From NCBI GenBank assembly GCA_040767195.1, contig JAXGPA010000007.1:32001-96000 (forward strand): 64,000 bases of DNA, written 5' to 3'. The notes under the pieces were generated by a model that did no database searches, was not told where the DNA came from, and worked only from the letters and a program-made list of their open reading frames with translations. The position numbers were made by a program, and so were the translations under genes. Positions 50,720 through 61,663 of this stretch are shown here, one piece after another; the first letter of the stretch is position 1; every line of letters begins with the position of its first letter. Origin of the DNA: Syntrophales bacterium. Its GTDB lineage: Bacteria > Desulfobacterota > Syntrophia > Syntrophales > UBA6807.

Positions 50720-51067
50720 ATGGACGATTTTCAGATTGCCGTGATCGGAAACCGGGACGAGACCAACCTGTTGCGGCTCACCGGCGTCCGGAAATACGTG
50801 CTTTTCGATGAAGAGGACCGGGGCCTTCCGGAAAAGCTCCGGACAGCTCTCGACGATCTGGCCAAGGACCCTTCCGTGGGGCTTGTCCTGGTTCCCGATG
50901 CGTGGGTGGAACATGTTCGGGACAAGATGAAAAAGATCCGGTCGGAGAAACGGGCGAAGACGGTCATCATCGAATACCCCGCCCGATACCGGGAGGAAGA
51001 GCGGGATATCCGTCAATACTACAAGGCCCTGACGAGAAGCCTCATAGGCTTCAACGTGGAGATCTGA
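50720..51067 (+). CDS. ntpF: A/V-type ATPase subunit F
   Basis: IAVIG.RD...LRLTGV, IIEYP, LIGF. Confidence 0.88.
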   Translation: MDDFQIAVIGNRDETNLLRLTGVRKYVLFDEEDRGLPEKLRTALDDLAKDPSVGLVLVPDAWVEHVRDKMKKIRSEKRAKTVIIEYPARYREEERDIRQYYKALTRSLIGFNVEI

Positions 51068-51085
51068 CCCGGTGACGGGGGGAGT

Positions 51086-51125
51086 AAGGGCAGCGCAGCC
51101 TGCGGGTTTTTTCACGAAGTCGTCA
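51086..51125. repeat. Partial copy of the 34957-35122 repeat
   Basis: AAGGGCAGCGCAGC...TTTTCACGAAGTCGTCA matches AAGGGCAACGCAGC...TTTTTACGAAGTCGTCA. Confidence 0.65.
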
Positions 51126-51151
51126 AAATAACGGGAAGAGAGGCGCTTGCT

Positions 51152-52906
51152 ATGGGAAGGATTTGGAGAGTTTCAGGTCCCGTCGTTATTGCCGAGGATA
51201 TGCGGGGTTCCCAGGTCTACGAGGTGGTGGACGTGGGAGACGAGAGACTCACCGGGGAAATCATCGGCCTCGAGCAGGATAAGGCGGTCATCCAGGTATA
51301 CGAAGACACGGTGGGCCTCCGGGTAGGGGAACCGGTGGTGGGGACCGGCGAGATCCTCATGTGCGAACTGGGTCCCGGCATGGTGGGAAACATCTATGAC
51401 GGCGTACAGCGGTCCCTGGTCACCATGATCGAGGACATCGGGGATTTCCTGCACCGGGGAGTCCGCACGGACGCCCTGGACCGGAACAGGAAATGGGAAT
51501 TCGTACCCACCGTGAAGGCCGGAGACACCGTTCAGGAAGGGGACGTCATCGGGACCGTTCAGGAAACCGGTCTCATCGAGCACCGGATCATGGTACCCAT
51601 AGGGCTGGGCGGCAAGATTCTCGAGATCAGCGAGGGGAAATTCACCATCCTCGACACCGTCGCCGTCCTGGAAGAGAACGGCACGAAAACCCCCCTCACC
51701 CTTATGCAGCGCTGGCCCGTTCGGAAACCCCGGCTGTACAAGCGCCGCCTCGACCCGGTCAACCTCCTCGTCACGGGGACGCGGATCATCGACTATCTCT
51801 TTCCACTGGCCCTGGGCGGCAAGGCGGCCATCCCCGGCGGATTCGGTACCGGCAAAACGGTGAATCTCCAGCAGATGGCCCGCTGGTCCCAGACCCAGCT
51901 CAACATCTACGTGGGCTGCGGCGAGCGGGGAAACGAGATGGCCGACGTCCTCCACAGCTTCAAGAAACTCCGGGACCCGAACACGGACCGGCTTCTCCAG
52001 GAAAAAGAGATCTTCATCGCCAACACCTCCAACATGCCCGTGGTGGCCCGGGAGATCAGCATCTTCATCGGCATCACCATGGCGGAGTACTTCCGCGACA
52101 TGGGCTATGACATCCTTCTCGTGGCCGACTCCACGTCCCGCTGGGCCGAAGCCATGCGGGAGATCGGGGCCCGGCTCGAGGAAACGCCGGGCGAGGAAGG
52201 ATTCCCCACGTACCTGGGTTCCCGGCTCGCCACCTTCTACGAACGGTCGGGGAGGGTGGAGTGCCTCGGCCGGCCGGAACGGACCGGGTCGGCCACCGTC
52301 ATCGGCTCCGTGAGCCCGCCGGGGGCCGACTTCAGCGAACCGGTCACCCAGTCCACCCTGCGGATCGTCGACGCGCTCTATTCCCTTGACGTGGCCCTGG
52401 CCAACCGGCGCCACTTTCCTACCATCAACTGGCTTCAGAGCTACAGCCTTTACTCCGATTCGGTGGGCCTGTGGTGGAAGAAGGAAGTGGATCCCGAGTA
52501 TCACACCGTCCGGGACCGGGCCCTGGTGACGCTCCAGCGGGAGGCGGAACTGGAGGAAATCGTCCGCCTTGTCGGTCCCGAGGCCCTTCCCGAGGAAGAC
52601 CGGCTTCTCCTTCTCGTGGCCCGCATGATCCGGGAGGATTTTCTCATGCAGAGCGCTTACCATCCCGTAGACACATACACCCCCCCGGAGAGGTCCCACA
52701 AGATGCTCGCCACCATTATCCGGTTTGCCGACACGGCCCGGGAACTCTCCGAGCAGGGCATGATGGTCAATGAAATCCAGGGGCTCAAAATCGTCCCCCG
52801 GATTTCGAGAATGAAGGACGTTCCCCTGGAGGAACTGGACACCTACATCAAAGATCTCTGGTCGGACATGGAAAAGCTCGTGACGACCCGTGAAGGAGGG
52901 ATGTGA
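51152..52906 (+). CDS. ntpA: A/V-type ATPase catalytic subunit A
   Basis: PGGFGTGKT, GCGERGNEM, DSTSRWAEA, FYERSG. Confidence 0.97.
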   Translation: MGRIWRVSGPVVIAEDMRGSQVYEVVDVGDERLTGEIIGLEQDKAVIQVYEDTVGLRVGEPVVGTGEILMCELGPGMVGNIYDGVQRSLVTMIEDIGDFLHRGVRTDALDRNRKWEFVPTVKAGDTVQEGDVIGTVQETGLIEHRIMVPIGLGGKILEISEGKFTILDTVAVLEENGTKTPLTLMQRWPVRKPRLYKRRLDPVNLLVTGTRIIDYLFPLALGGKAAIPGGFGTGKTVNLQQMARWSQTQLNIYVGCGERGNEMADVLHSFKKLRDPNTDRLLQEKEIFIANTSNMPVVAREISIFIGITMAEYFRDMGYDILLVADSTSRWAEAMREIGARLEETPGEEGFPTYLGSRLATFYERSGRVECLGRPERTGSATVIGSVSPPGADFSEPVTQSTLRIVDALYSLDVALANRRHFPTINWLQSYSLYSDSVGLWWKKEVDPEYHTVRDRALVTLQREAELEEIVRLVGPEALPEEDRLLLLVARMIREDFLMQSAYHPVDTYTPPERSHKMLATIIRFADTARELSEQGMMVNEIQGLKIVPRISRMKDVPLEELDTYIKDLWSDMEKLVTTREGGM

Positions 52907-54309
52907 TGGAAGCACGGCAACTCTTCACCCGGGAGACAAAAGCCATCAGCACGGCCCGGCGCTCCCTTCTGGTCATCGAAAGCATTCCCGGTATCCGGTA
53001 CAACGAGATCGTGGAAGTACAGCTGGGAACCGGTGAAACCCGGGTCGGCCAGGTCATCGAGGTGGGGAAGATCACCACCGTCGTCCAGGTCTTCGGCGGG
53101 GTGAGCGAGGTGGACCTCCTGAACAGCCGGGTCGAGTACAAGGGGCAGACCCAGAGGCTCCCTGTTTCCCCGGACATCCTGGGCCGGATTTTCGACGGCA
53201 GCGGAAACCCCATAGACGGCGGCCCCCCTATCGTGGCGGACGCCTACCACGACATCAACGGCGTTCCGGCCAACCCGGCGTCCCGGTTGCCGCCGGCGGA
53301 ATTCATCGAAACGGGAATCTCCGTCATGGACGGCCTGAACGTCCTCGTCCGGGGCCAGAAGCTCCCCCTTTTCAGCGGGTCCGGGCTTCCCCACAACCGG
53401 ATCGCCGCGCAGATCGTCCGCCAGGCGGCCCTGAAGAGAAAAGCGGAGGAATTCGCCATCGTCTTCGCCGCCATCGGCGTGAGCTTCGACGACGCGGCCT
53501 ACTTCATCGCCAACCTGGAAGAAACGGGGGCCCTGAACCGGGCCATCGGGTTCATCAACACCGCCTCCTCCCCGGTCATCGAGCGCCTCTCCACGCCCCG
53601 GCTCGCGCTGACGGCGGCGGAATATCTCGCCTGGGAAAGGGACATGCACGTCCTCGTCGTTCTCACCGACATCACGAACTACTGCGATGCCCTTCGGGAG
53701 CTGGCGGCCATGCGGGGAGAGATCCCCAGCCGCCGGGGCTACCCCGGGTACATGTACACCGACCTCGCCACCATGTACGAGCGGGCGGGGCGGATCTCGG
53801 GCAAGGAGGGGTCGGTGACGATCCTTCCCATCCTCACCATGCCCGACGACGACATCACCCACCCGATCCCGGACCTGACGGGGTACATCACCGAGGGGCA
53901 GATCGTCCTCTCCCGGCCCCTCGAAAGGAAGCGGATCTACCCGCCCATCGACGTGTTCCTCTCACTGTCGAGGATGATGAAAGAGGGTATCGGCGAGGGG
54001 AACACCCGGGAAGACCACAACAACGTTTTCATGCAGTCCTATGCCATGTACGCCGAGGGCAATTACCTTCGGGAGATTTCCACGGTCATCGGGTCCGACG
54101 CCCTGAGCGACCGGGACCGGATTTATCTTTCCGCGTCGGACCGCTTCGAGCGGGAATTCATTTCCCAGGGTGAATTTGAGCGCCGGTCCGTCGAGGAAAC
54201 CCTGGAAATCGCCTGGAATATCTTTTCAATGGTACCCCAGGAAGATCTCAAGCTGATCCAGGAGAAGTTCATCCAGAAGTATCTGCCGAAGAAAGGAAAG
54301 ACGTCGTAA
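52903..54309 (+). CDS. ntpB: A/V-type ATPase subunit B
   Basis: GQKLPLFSG, RRGYPGYMYTD, HPIPDLTGYITEGQI. Confidence 0.97.
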   Translation: MMEARQLFTRETKAISTARRSLLVIESIPGIRYNEIVEVQLGTGETRVGQVIEVGKITTVVQVFGGVSEVDLLNSRVEYKGQTQRLPVSPDILGRIFDGSGNPIDGGPPIVADAYHDINGVPANPASRLPPAEFIETGISVMDGLNVLVRGQKLPLFSGSGLPHNRIAAQIVRQAALKRKAEEFAIVFAAIGVSFDDAAYFIANLEETGALNRAIGFINTASSPVIERLSTPRLALTAAEYLAWERDMHVLVVLTDITNYCDALRELAAMRGEIPSRRGYPGYMYTDLATMYERAGRISGKEGSVTILPILTMPDDDITHPIPDLTGYITEGQIVLSRPLERKRIYPPIDVFLSLSRMMKEGIGEGNTREDHNNVFMQSYAMYAEGNYLREISTVIGSDALSDRDRIYLSASDRFEREFISQGEFERRSVEETLEIAWNIFSMVPQEDLKLIQEKFIQKYLPKKGKTS

Positions 54310-54310
54310 G

Positions 54311-54961
54311 ATGGCAGCGAAGATCCAGGTCACGCGGCCCACCAAGATCGAGCTGGCCCGCCTCAAGCGGCGGTACCGGCTTGCGACGCGAATCCAGAAG
54401 ATCGTCAAGGACCGGCTTTCCATTCTTGTCATGGAGTTTCTCGAAACGGTCAAGGAATGCGCCATCGTGAAGGAGCGTCAGGCGTCGGAATTCAACGAGG
54501 CCTACCGGGCCCTTTCCATGACCAGCGGGTATCTCGGGTCGGAGGAACTGGAAAAGGACCTTTTCGCCGTGGAGATGCCCCTGAAAATGGTGGGAAAGAC
54601 CCGGAACGTGGCGGGAGTTCGCATTCCTCTCTTCGAGGTGGAGCGGGATGAAACCGTGGCCCTGAAAACCGCCGTCCGCCCCGGAATGACCGCCGTCGAG
54701 GAGGACACCATCACCGCGGCAAGGCGCTGCCTTGAATCGATCATCGAACTCGCGGAACTGGAGAATTCTCTCGAGCTGCTCGGGTCGGAAATCAACAAGG
54801 TGAAGCGGATCAACAACGCCCTGGAATACATCGTCATCCCGGGGCTGAATGCCACCATCCGCTACCTCAACATGAAATTCGAGGAGCGGGACCGGGAGGA
54901 AAACGCCCGGCTGAAGTACGTCAAGCTCCTCATCGAGAAGCGGGAAGCCTATGCCTATTGA
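54311..54961 (+). CDS. ntpD: A/V-type ATPase subunit D
   Basis: PTKIEL, KRINNALEYIVIP, EERDRE. Confidence 0.95.
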   Translation: MAAKIQVTRPTKIELARLKRRYRLATRIQKIVKDRLSILVMEFLETVKECAIVKERQASEFNEAYRALSMTSGYLGSEELEKDLFAVEMPLKMVGKTRNVAGVRIPLFEVERDETVALKTAVRPGMTAVEEDTITAARRCLESIIELAELENSLELLGSEINKVKRINNALEYIVIPGLNATIRYLNMKFEERDREENARLKYVKLLIEKREAYAY

Positions 54962-55385
54962 TGACGACCCGTCCACCCGGGACAGCGGGCTCGAGGGGGC
55001 CGTGGCGGAGGATTTCCGGATTCTCAACACCCAGGCCCCCCGGCGGAAGAAGTCCCTGGCGGCGCTGCTTCGGGAACCCCACCCGTCGGTGCCCTGCCAT
55101 GACGGGAACGACCATCACTTCCGGAAAGGCGAGCTCGAAAGGCTGGCCGCGATTCTCGGGGAGGAGGAGAGGGAGGAACTTCTTCTTCCCCTGCTCATCG
55201 AAATATCCGGGGAGGCCCGGGAACTGAAAGTTCGGACGAAAACGGGCGTGGAGGCCAAGGTTCTCGAATCCCTTCTCCGGATGCCCGTGGACCGCCGGAA
55301 AGGCGAGATATTCCTTTCCCGGAAGCAGCTCCCGGTGATACGGCGGCTTTTGAAGACATCGACGCAGTATATTTTTCTCGTATAA
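54951..55385 (+). CDS. DUF61/UPF0216-like protein
   Basis: LN...P..KSL..LL.E..P.V...DG..H.F...EL pattern, PLLIE, TQYIF. Confidence 0.7.
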   Translation: MPIDDDPSTRDSGLEGAVAEDFRILNTQAPRRKKSLAALLREPHPSVPCHDGNDHHFRKGELERLAAILGEEEREELLLPLLIEISGEARELKVRTKTGVEAKVLESLLRMPVDRRKGEIFLSRKQLPVIRRLLKTSTQYIFLV

Positions 55386-55409
55386 CCGATCCCGCAGGAG
55401 GTAGGATCC

Positions 55410-55730
55410 ATGGCGGAACCCATCCAGACGACCATAGGAAACATGGAAAAGGAAGCAGAAAAGATCCTCGGGGAGGCGAAGGAAAATGCCCGGAAACTCC
55501 TGGAGGAGGGGAGAGTCAAATCAAAGGACATCCTCTCGCAATCCGTTCCCATGGACGACATTGAAAAGGAAAAGAAGAGGATCCTGCAGGAGGCCGACGA
55601 AGAGGCGAAGATACGCCGGGACACCTCGGAGAAGCGGGTCGCCCAGGTCCGGGCCACGGCCCCGGACAAGCGGGAAGCGGAAGTCCGGAACCTCCTGGAC
55701 GCCCTCCAGCCTTCCAAGGCCGCCCGTTAA
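55410..55730 (+). CDS. Probable A/V-ATPase peripheral stalk subunit G/H
   Basis: Charged coiled coil (EKEAEKILGEAKENA) at the operon end. Confidence 0.65.
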   Translation: MAEPIQTTIGNMEKEAEKILGEAKENARKLLEEGRVKSKDILSQSVPMDDIEKEKKRILQEADEEAKIRRDTSEKRVAQVRATAPDKREAEVRNLLDALQPSKAAR

Positions 55731-56074
55731 AAAAAGAACGGAGTCAGGTTCCGGATGCCGGCGGCCCGTCGAAAAATCCGGATTCGGGGCCTGACTTTCC
55801 GCTGTTCCTGTCCGTTCCCTCACCCCTCACCCGCCCGACATCGGGCCCGTGTTCAAAATCCATAACATGTAATCCCGATGGTTCGACCTGAATGGGGTTG
55901 CCCGGGTCTGTTTCCAAGAGGTAAAAAACGTCTCGTTGACATTGTCCAGGAAATACTATATTACCTTTTGGCGATATCAACAGGCCGCTCTCCGCCTTTG
56001 CCCCGGTTTGCATGGATTCAGGGCACCTTTCGAGACGGCGAGACGGATCATTTTATTGAAAGGGAGACGGTTCC

Positions 56075-56536
56075 ATGGGTATAATGGGATTTAAGAGGAT
56101 CGCCACGATTTTTTTCGTTTCGGTCTGTTTATGGGCGGGAAACAGCCTCATCGCCGGGCAGGCCGGGGGAGCGGTGGAAGAGGGGGGTCCGGGTCACTAC
56201 GTCCAAGTTTACTATTTCCACGGCAAGGTGCGTTGTCACTCTTGCAACATGATCGAAAAACTGACTCTCGAAACGGTCCGGGCCTTCTTTCCTGAGGAGC
56301 TTGAGAAAGGTCGCCTGAAACTGTCCGTTGTCAATGTCAGTGACGGGGAAAACGAGCACTTTGTTCAAGATTACAGGCTTTACTCACAGTCTGTCATCTT
56401 GTCGGAAATGAAGGACGGAAAGCAGGTGAGTTGGAAGAACCTGATCCGGGTCTGGGAACTTCTTAACGATGAAAGTCAGTTCAAAGACTACGTCCGGGGA
56501 GAAGTAAGCACTTTCCTGGAGAAGACAAATGAATGA
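56075..56536 (+). CDS. ArsF-like exported thioredoxin-fold protein (nitroaromatic arsenical reductase subunit family)
   Basis: Signal peptide, VYYFHGKVRCHSC..IE, WKNL..VW. Confidence 0.78.
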   Translation: MGIMGFKRIATIFFVSVCLWAGNSLIAGQAGGAVEEGGPGHYVQVYYFHGKVRCHSCNMIEKLTLETVRAFFPEELEKGRLKLSVVNVSDGENEHFVQDYRLYSQSVILSEMKDGKQVSWKNLIRVWELLNDESQFKDYVRGEVSTFLEKTNE

Positions 56537-57224
56537 ATTTGTCATCGGTTTAGGTATGGCGGCCTGGTTCGGGATCCTGACCTCCATAAGCCCCTGTCCC
56601 CTGGCCTCGAATATCGCCGCCGTTTCCTATATCGGCGGGCAGCAACAAGGGCCCCGGCGGGTTCTTCTCGCCGGGGCGCTCTACACGGCGGGAAGGGCCC
56701 TGACGTACACCCTCCTGGGGGCGGTTCTGGTCTCCAGCACAGGGTATATTTCCCCGGTGGCTAATTTCCTGCAGACGTGGATGAATATCCTCCTCGGACC
56801 AATCCTTGTCATGGTGGGGCTTGTTCTTCTCGATGTCATTCATTTCGGGAGTTTCGGACTCCAGGGACGGTTCGGCGATAGAATCCACACCCGTATCGGT
56901 GAGACCGGCATCTGGGGTGCCGGCATCCTTGGAATCGTCTTTGCCCTTTCCTTCTGTCCCGTGTCGGCGGCTCTTTTCTTCGGGAGCCTTTTTTCGGTCG
57001 CCTTCCAGTATCAGTCTCCCATCGCCATGCCGGCCCTGTTCGGTATCGGAACGGCTTTGCCCGTGGTCGTTTTTGCCCTGGTGATCGGGTTCGCTTCCGG
57101 GGCCGTGAATCGCATCTTTCAGGGAGTCACCCGTTTCGAATGGTGGGCCCGGAAGATAACTGCCGTCGTTTTCATCGGGGCCGGCGGATACTACATGAGC
57201 CGCTACATTTTCGCGTGGATATAA
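56529..57224 (+). CDS. ArsG-like / DsbD-CcdA-type membrane protein
   Basis: SISPCPLASNIAA, ALSFCPVSAALFFGSL. Confidence 0.8.
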   Translation: MNEFVIGLGMAAWFGILTSISPCPLASNIAAVSYIGGQQQGPRRVLLAGALYTAGRALTYTLLGAVLVSSTGYISPVANFLQTWMNILLGPILVMVGLVLLDVIHFGSFGLQGRFGDRIHTRIGETGIWGAGILGIVFALSFCPVSAALFFGSLFSVAFQYQSPIAMPALFGIGTALPVVVFALVIGFASGAVNRIFQGVTRFEWWARKITAVVFIGAGGYYMSRYIFAWI

Positions 57225-57283
57225 TGAACGGAAACACTTTCGATGACAATCCTCCATAAATGGCCGGCGCAACCAGTCATATC

Positions 57284-57328
57284 TTGACAGGATGGCTCGG
57301 CGTTTATATATTCATAAATATGAATATA
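57284..57328 (+). promoter_or_regulatory. sigma70 promoter with an overlapping palindromic operator (ArsR/SmtB-type)
   Basis: TTGACA-N17-TATATT; inverted repeat TATATTCAT-AAAT-ATGAATATA over the -10/+1 region. Confidence 0.7.
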
Positions 57329-57452
57329 CTTAGCTCCTGCTCCCTTCGGTTTTTTTCCGGTCAACTTTCTACCGCGACAGACCGCTGATGAGGCTCCGGG
57401 GTATTTCGAAAAACCGGGACGCTTTTGGAAAGAGAAAAGGAGAAACGATCCC

Positions 57453-58514
57453 ATGATCGAAAAATTAATTGTTGCCGGTTTTCTTGCTTTGCAGGATTAC
57501 ATCGCCACCCATGTCCTCACGTGCCTGGTGCCGGCGTTCTTTCTTGCAGGGGCCATCGTCACGTTCGTCCGGAAAGAGGCGATCATCCGATATCTCGGGG
57601 AGGGGGCCAGCAAGATAAAATCCTTTTCCCTGGCCAGCGTTTCGAGCTTCATGATCGCAGCCTGCTCATGCACCGTGATTCCCGTGGCCAGCGGCCTCTT
57701 TTACGGCGGCGCCGGTGTCGGCGTGGCGTTCATCATCCTCTGGGTGGCCCCGGCCTCGAATATCCTGGCCCTCACCTACACGGGGACGATCCTGGGAAGC
57801 TCCATGGTCATCTCCAGGATCGTGGCGGCCCTTCTCATGGCCTTTATCATCGGGTTCGTCATGACGGCTTTTTTCGGAAAACGGGACGACAGCGACGAAG
57901 GCGTCCCTAAAGTTTTTCCAGGAGAAGAAGAGGAAAAAATAAGGCTCATCGGCCGCAACGAAGTCATCCTTCTCGTGCTGATCGTTCTGTCTCTTCTGAG
58001 CCCCAATTATTTTGTCCAGAAAGGGCCCTATCTTCAAAAAGTTCTCGTCTGGGGGGGCTTCACCCTTGCCACTGCCGTTTTTGCCATAAAGGTACTCACC
58101 CGGGAGCAGATTGTCGCCTGGCTCAGGGAAACGTGGTGGTTCGTCCGGATTATCCTGCCACTCCTTCTCGTGGGGGTTTTTATCGTCGGTATCATAGGCG
58201 TGCTGATTCCGGAAGAATGGATCCGGACCTGGCTCGGGGGAAATTCCCTGTCCGCCTCCTTCCTGGCTACCATGCTCGGGGCCGTGAGCTACTTTGCCAC
58301 CATGACCGAGGCGCCTTTCGTGGATACCCTCATGAATTTGGGCATGGGAAAAGGGCCGGCCCTGACGCTTCTTCTCACCGGGCCGGGCTGCAGCCTTCCC
58401 AACTGGATCGCCACCGCCCGGGTTTTCGGGCTGAAAAGAGCCGTCGTTTATGTCATCACCATCATCATCCTGGGAACCCTCATGGGGTGGTTTTTCGGAA
58501 ATTTCATTCTTTAG
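57453..58514 (+). CDS. DUF318/ArsP-type permease
   Basis: HVLTCLVPAFF, ACSCTVIP, YFATMTE, GPGCSLP. Confidence 0.85.
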   Translation: MIEKLIVAGFLALQDYIATHVLTCLVPAFFLAGAIVTFVRKEAIIRYLGEGASKIKSFSLASVSSFMIAACSCTVIPVASGLFYGGAGVGVAFIILWVAPASNILALTYTGTILGSSMVISRIVAALLMAFIIGFVMTAFFGKRDDSDEGVPKVFPGEEEEKIRLIGRNEVILLVLIVLSLLSPNYFVQKGPYLQKVLVWGGFTLATAVFAIKVLTREQIVAWLRETWWFVRIILPLLLVGVFIVGIIGVLIPEEWIRTWLGGNSLSASFLATMLGAVSYFATMTEAPFVDTLMNLGMGKGPALTLLLTGPGCSLPNWIATARVFGLKRAVVYVITIIILGTLMGWFFGNFIL

Positions 58515-58523
58515 GAGGTATTC

Positions 58524-58769
58524 ATGAAAATCCAGGTCGCCGGACCGGGCTGTGCCCGATGCACAACAGTGGAGAAAAACGTTATCGAAGCCGTTGCCGA
58601 ACTGGGGATCGACGCTGACGTCTCCAAGATCAAGGATGTGAGGGACTACGCCAAGCTGGGCGTTCTTTTCACACCCGCCGTGGTCATCGACGGCAAGGTC
58701 GCCGTGGCGGGCAAGGTGCCCACCGTGGAAGAGCTGAAGAAAATAATATCTTCCGCAAGTAATCAATAA
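58524..58769 (+). CDS. Small redox-active disulfide protein (MTH895/ArsE-like thioredoxin)
   Basis: GPGCARC, TPAVVIDG, GKVP. Confidence 0.88.
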   Translation: MKIQVAGPGCARCTTVEKNVIEAVAELGIDADVSKIKDVRDYAKLGVLFTPAVVIDGKVAVAGKVPTVEELKKIISSASNQ

Positions 58770-58800
58770 CACGACGCTTATTGTGATAGGGGGTTCTGTG

Positions 58801-59235
58801 GTGGACAAATCAGAGACTCGGGAAAAAAAGAAGATTATCTTCTCCTGTTCGGGAGCGGCCAACGTGGGGTTTCTGGCCCACCGGGCCGCTGTAGAGCTTG
58901 TCGAAGAAGGTTTCGCCCGGCCTTCTTGCCTTGCCGGTATCGGGGCCCACCTGAAAGGGTTCCTGAAGGCGGCGGCCGATTCGTCCAATATCGTCATCGA
59001 CGGATGTGCCGTGGCTTGCGGTAAGACGATCCTGGAACACGCGTCCATCCCAGTGGCTTTGCATCTCGTCATCACCGATCTTGGAATCGAAAAGAAGATG
59101 ACCTCGGACATTCCGGGGGAGGATGTGGACAGGGTGAAGGAACTCCTCCAGTCACGGTGGGCGGCCGCGGAGTCCGGGAAGCCGGGGCGGGACCCATTCG
59201 ATTCGGGAGAACCTCCCTGCGGGTGCTCGACATGA
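58801..59235 (+). CDS. DGC-domain putative zinc-binding protein
   Basis: CSGAANVG, CLAGIG, IDGC..AC. Confidence 0.85.
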   Translation: MDKSETREKKKIIFSCSGAANVGFLAHRAAVELVEEGFARPSCLAGIGAHLKGFLKAAADSSNIVIDGCAVACGKTILEHASIPVALHLVITDLGIEKKMTSDIPGEDVDRVKELLQSRWAAAESGKPGRDPFDSGEPPCGCST

Positions 59236-59265
59236 ATGATGCCGGTCAGGATGAACGGGTGAATC

Positions 59266-59781
59266 ATGGGTGAAAAAGACATCCTTCGGATCACCGTGGG
59301 CAACAACATGATCGGGATCGTCGGGCTCACGGGCGCCATGGATGAAATCGCCGCCGGCTATGCCTCTCGGTCCGACGAGGATGTCCGGGCGGCGCTGACG
59401 GCGCGATTGAGAAAGACGAACTACATACCCGGGCACATGGAGGAGGCTTACGGGAAGGCCTTCGTGCGGGAATTCAGGAAATATCTCGGGCAACCCTTTG
59501 AGAAGGAGCCCGACGGAGCGTTTTTGGAAGTGAAGATCCTCGGTCAGGGCTGCGCACGGTGCGACGGGCTTCGGCAGGCGGTCATCGACGCCGCTTCCCG
59601 GCTGAATCTCCCCGTGGACGTGGAACATGTCACGGATTCCCGGGAATGCCAGCGGTATGGTGTTTTCGGATTTCCAGCCCTGGTTGTCAACGGGACCGTC
59701 CGGAGCGTGGATGCCATACCATCGACGAAGGCGATTGAAAGATGGCTTTCCGATGACCCGGTGTCCCTTAAAGAGACATGA
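59266..59781 (+). CDS. Thioredoxin-family protein with N-terminal extension
   Basis: NYIP N-domain; GQGCARC, FPALVVNG. Confidence 0.8.
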   Translation: MGEKDILRITVGNNMIGIVGLTGAMDEIAAGYASRSDEDVRAALTARLRKTNYIPGHMEEAYGKAFVREFRKYLGQPFEKEPDGAFLEVKILGQGCARCDGLRQAVIDAASRLNLPVDVEHVTDSRECQRYGVFGFPALVVNGTVRSVDAIPSTKAIERWLSDDPVSLKET

Positions 59782-59817
59782 AAGCCTGACGGGCCGCAGG
59801 GATGGAACATCCCTGGC

Positions 59818-60171
59818 CTACCCCCCCTTTTTTTTCTTTATTTCCGTGCGGCAGACCCGGCAGGCGGCGCCGGTGGCGGCCTGAATCTCCGGTTCATCAG
59901 CCATCCAGTGACGAAGACAGCCCAGGAGGGTGGCCGCATAAGGGTTCTTCCCGCCGTTTGAAAGGGTGTAGTTCACCCAGAGCCCGTCCTTCCGGCTTTC
60001 CACGAGGCCGGCCTTTTCGAGGATCTTCAGGTGCTTTGAAACGGTCGGCTGGGCGATGGGGAGTACGGCCTGGATCTCGCAGACGCAAAGGGGCTTCGCC
60101 TGAAGCATCTTCAGGAGCTTGACCCGGTTCGGGTCGGAGAGGGCCTTCATGACCCGGATAAAGTCTTCCAT
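59818..60171 (-). CDS. arsR: ArsR/SmtB metalloregulator
   Basis: KALSDPNR, LCVCE alpha3 motif, QPTVSKHL, C-terminal CRVC. Confidence 0.9.
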   Translation of the reverse strand: MEDFIRVMKALSDPNRVKLLKMLQAKPLCVCEIQAVLPIAQPTVSKHLKILEKAGLVESRKDGLWVNYTLSNGGKNPYAATLLGCLRHWMADEPEIQAATGAACRVCRTEIKKKKGG

Positions 60172-60255
60172 CCTTCGCCCTTCTTCAGATTACGCCTGAT
60201 ATTAGGGTCCGCCGCCGGATTTGTCAAGACGGCGCCGGTCCAAAGAACCCCTTGA

Positions 60256-61662
<1,407 letters not shown>

Positions 61663-61663
61663 T

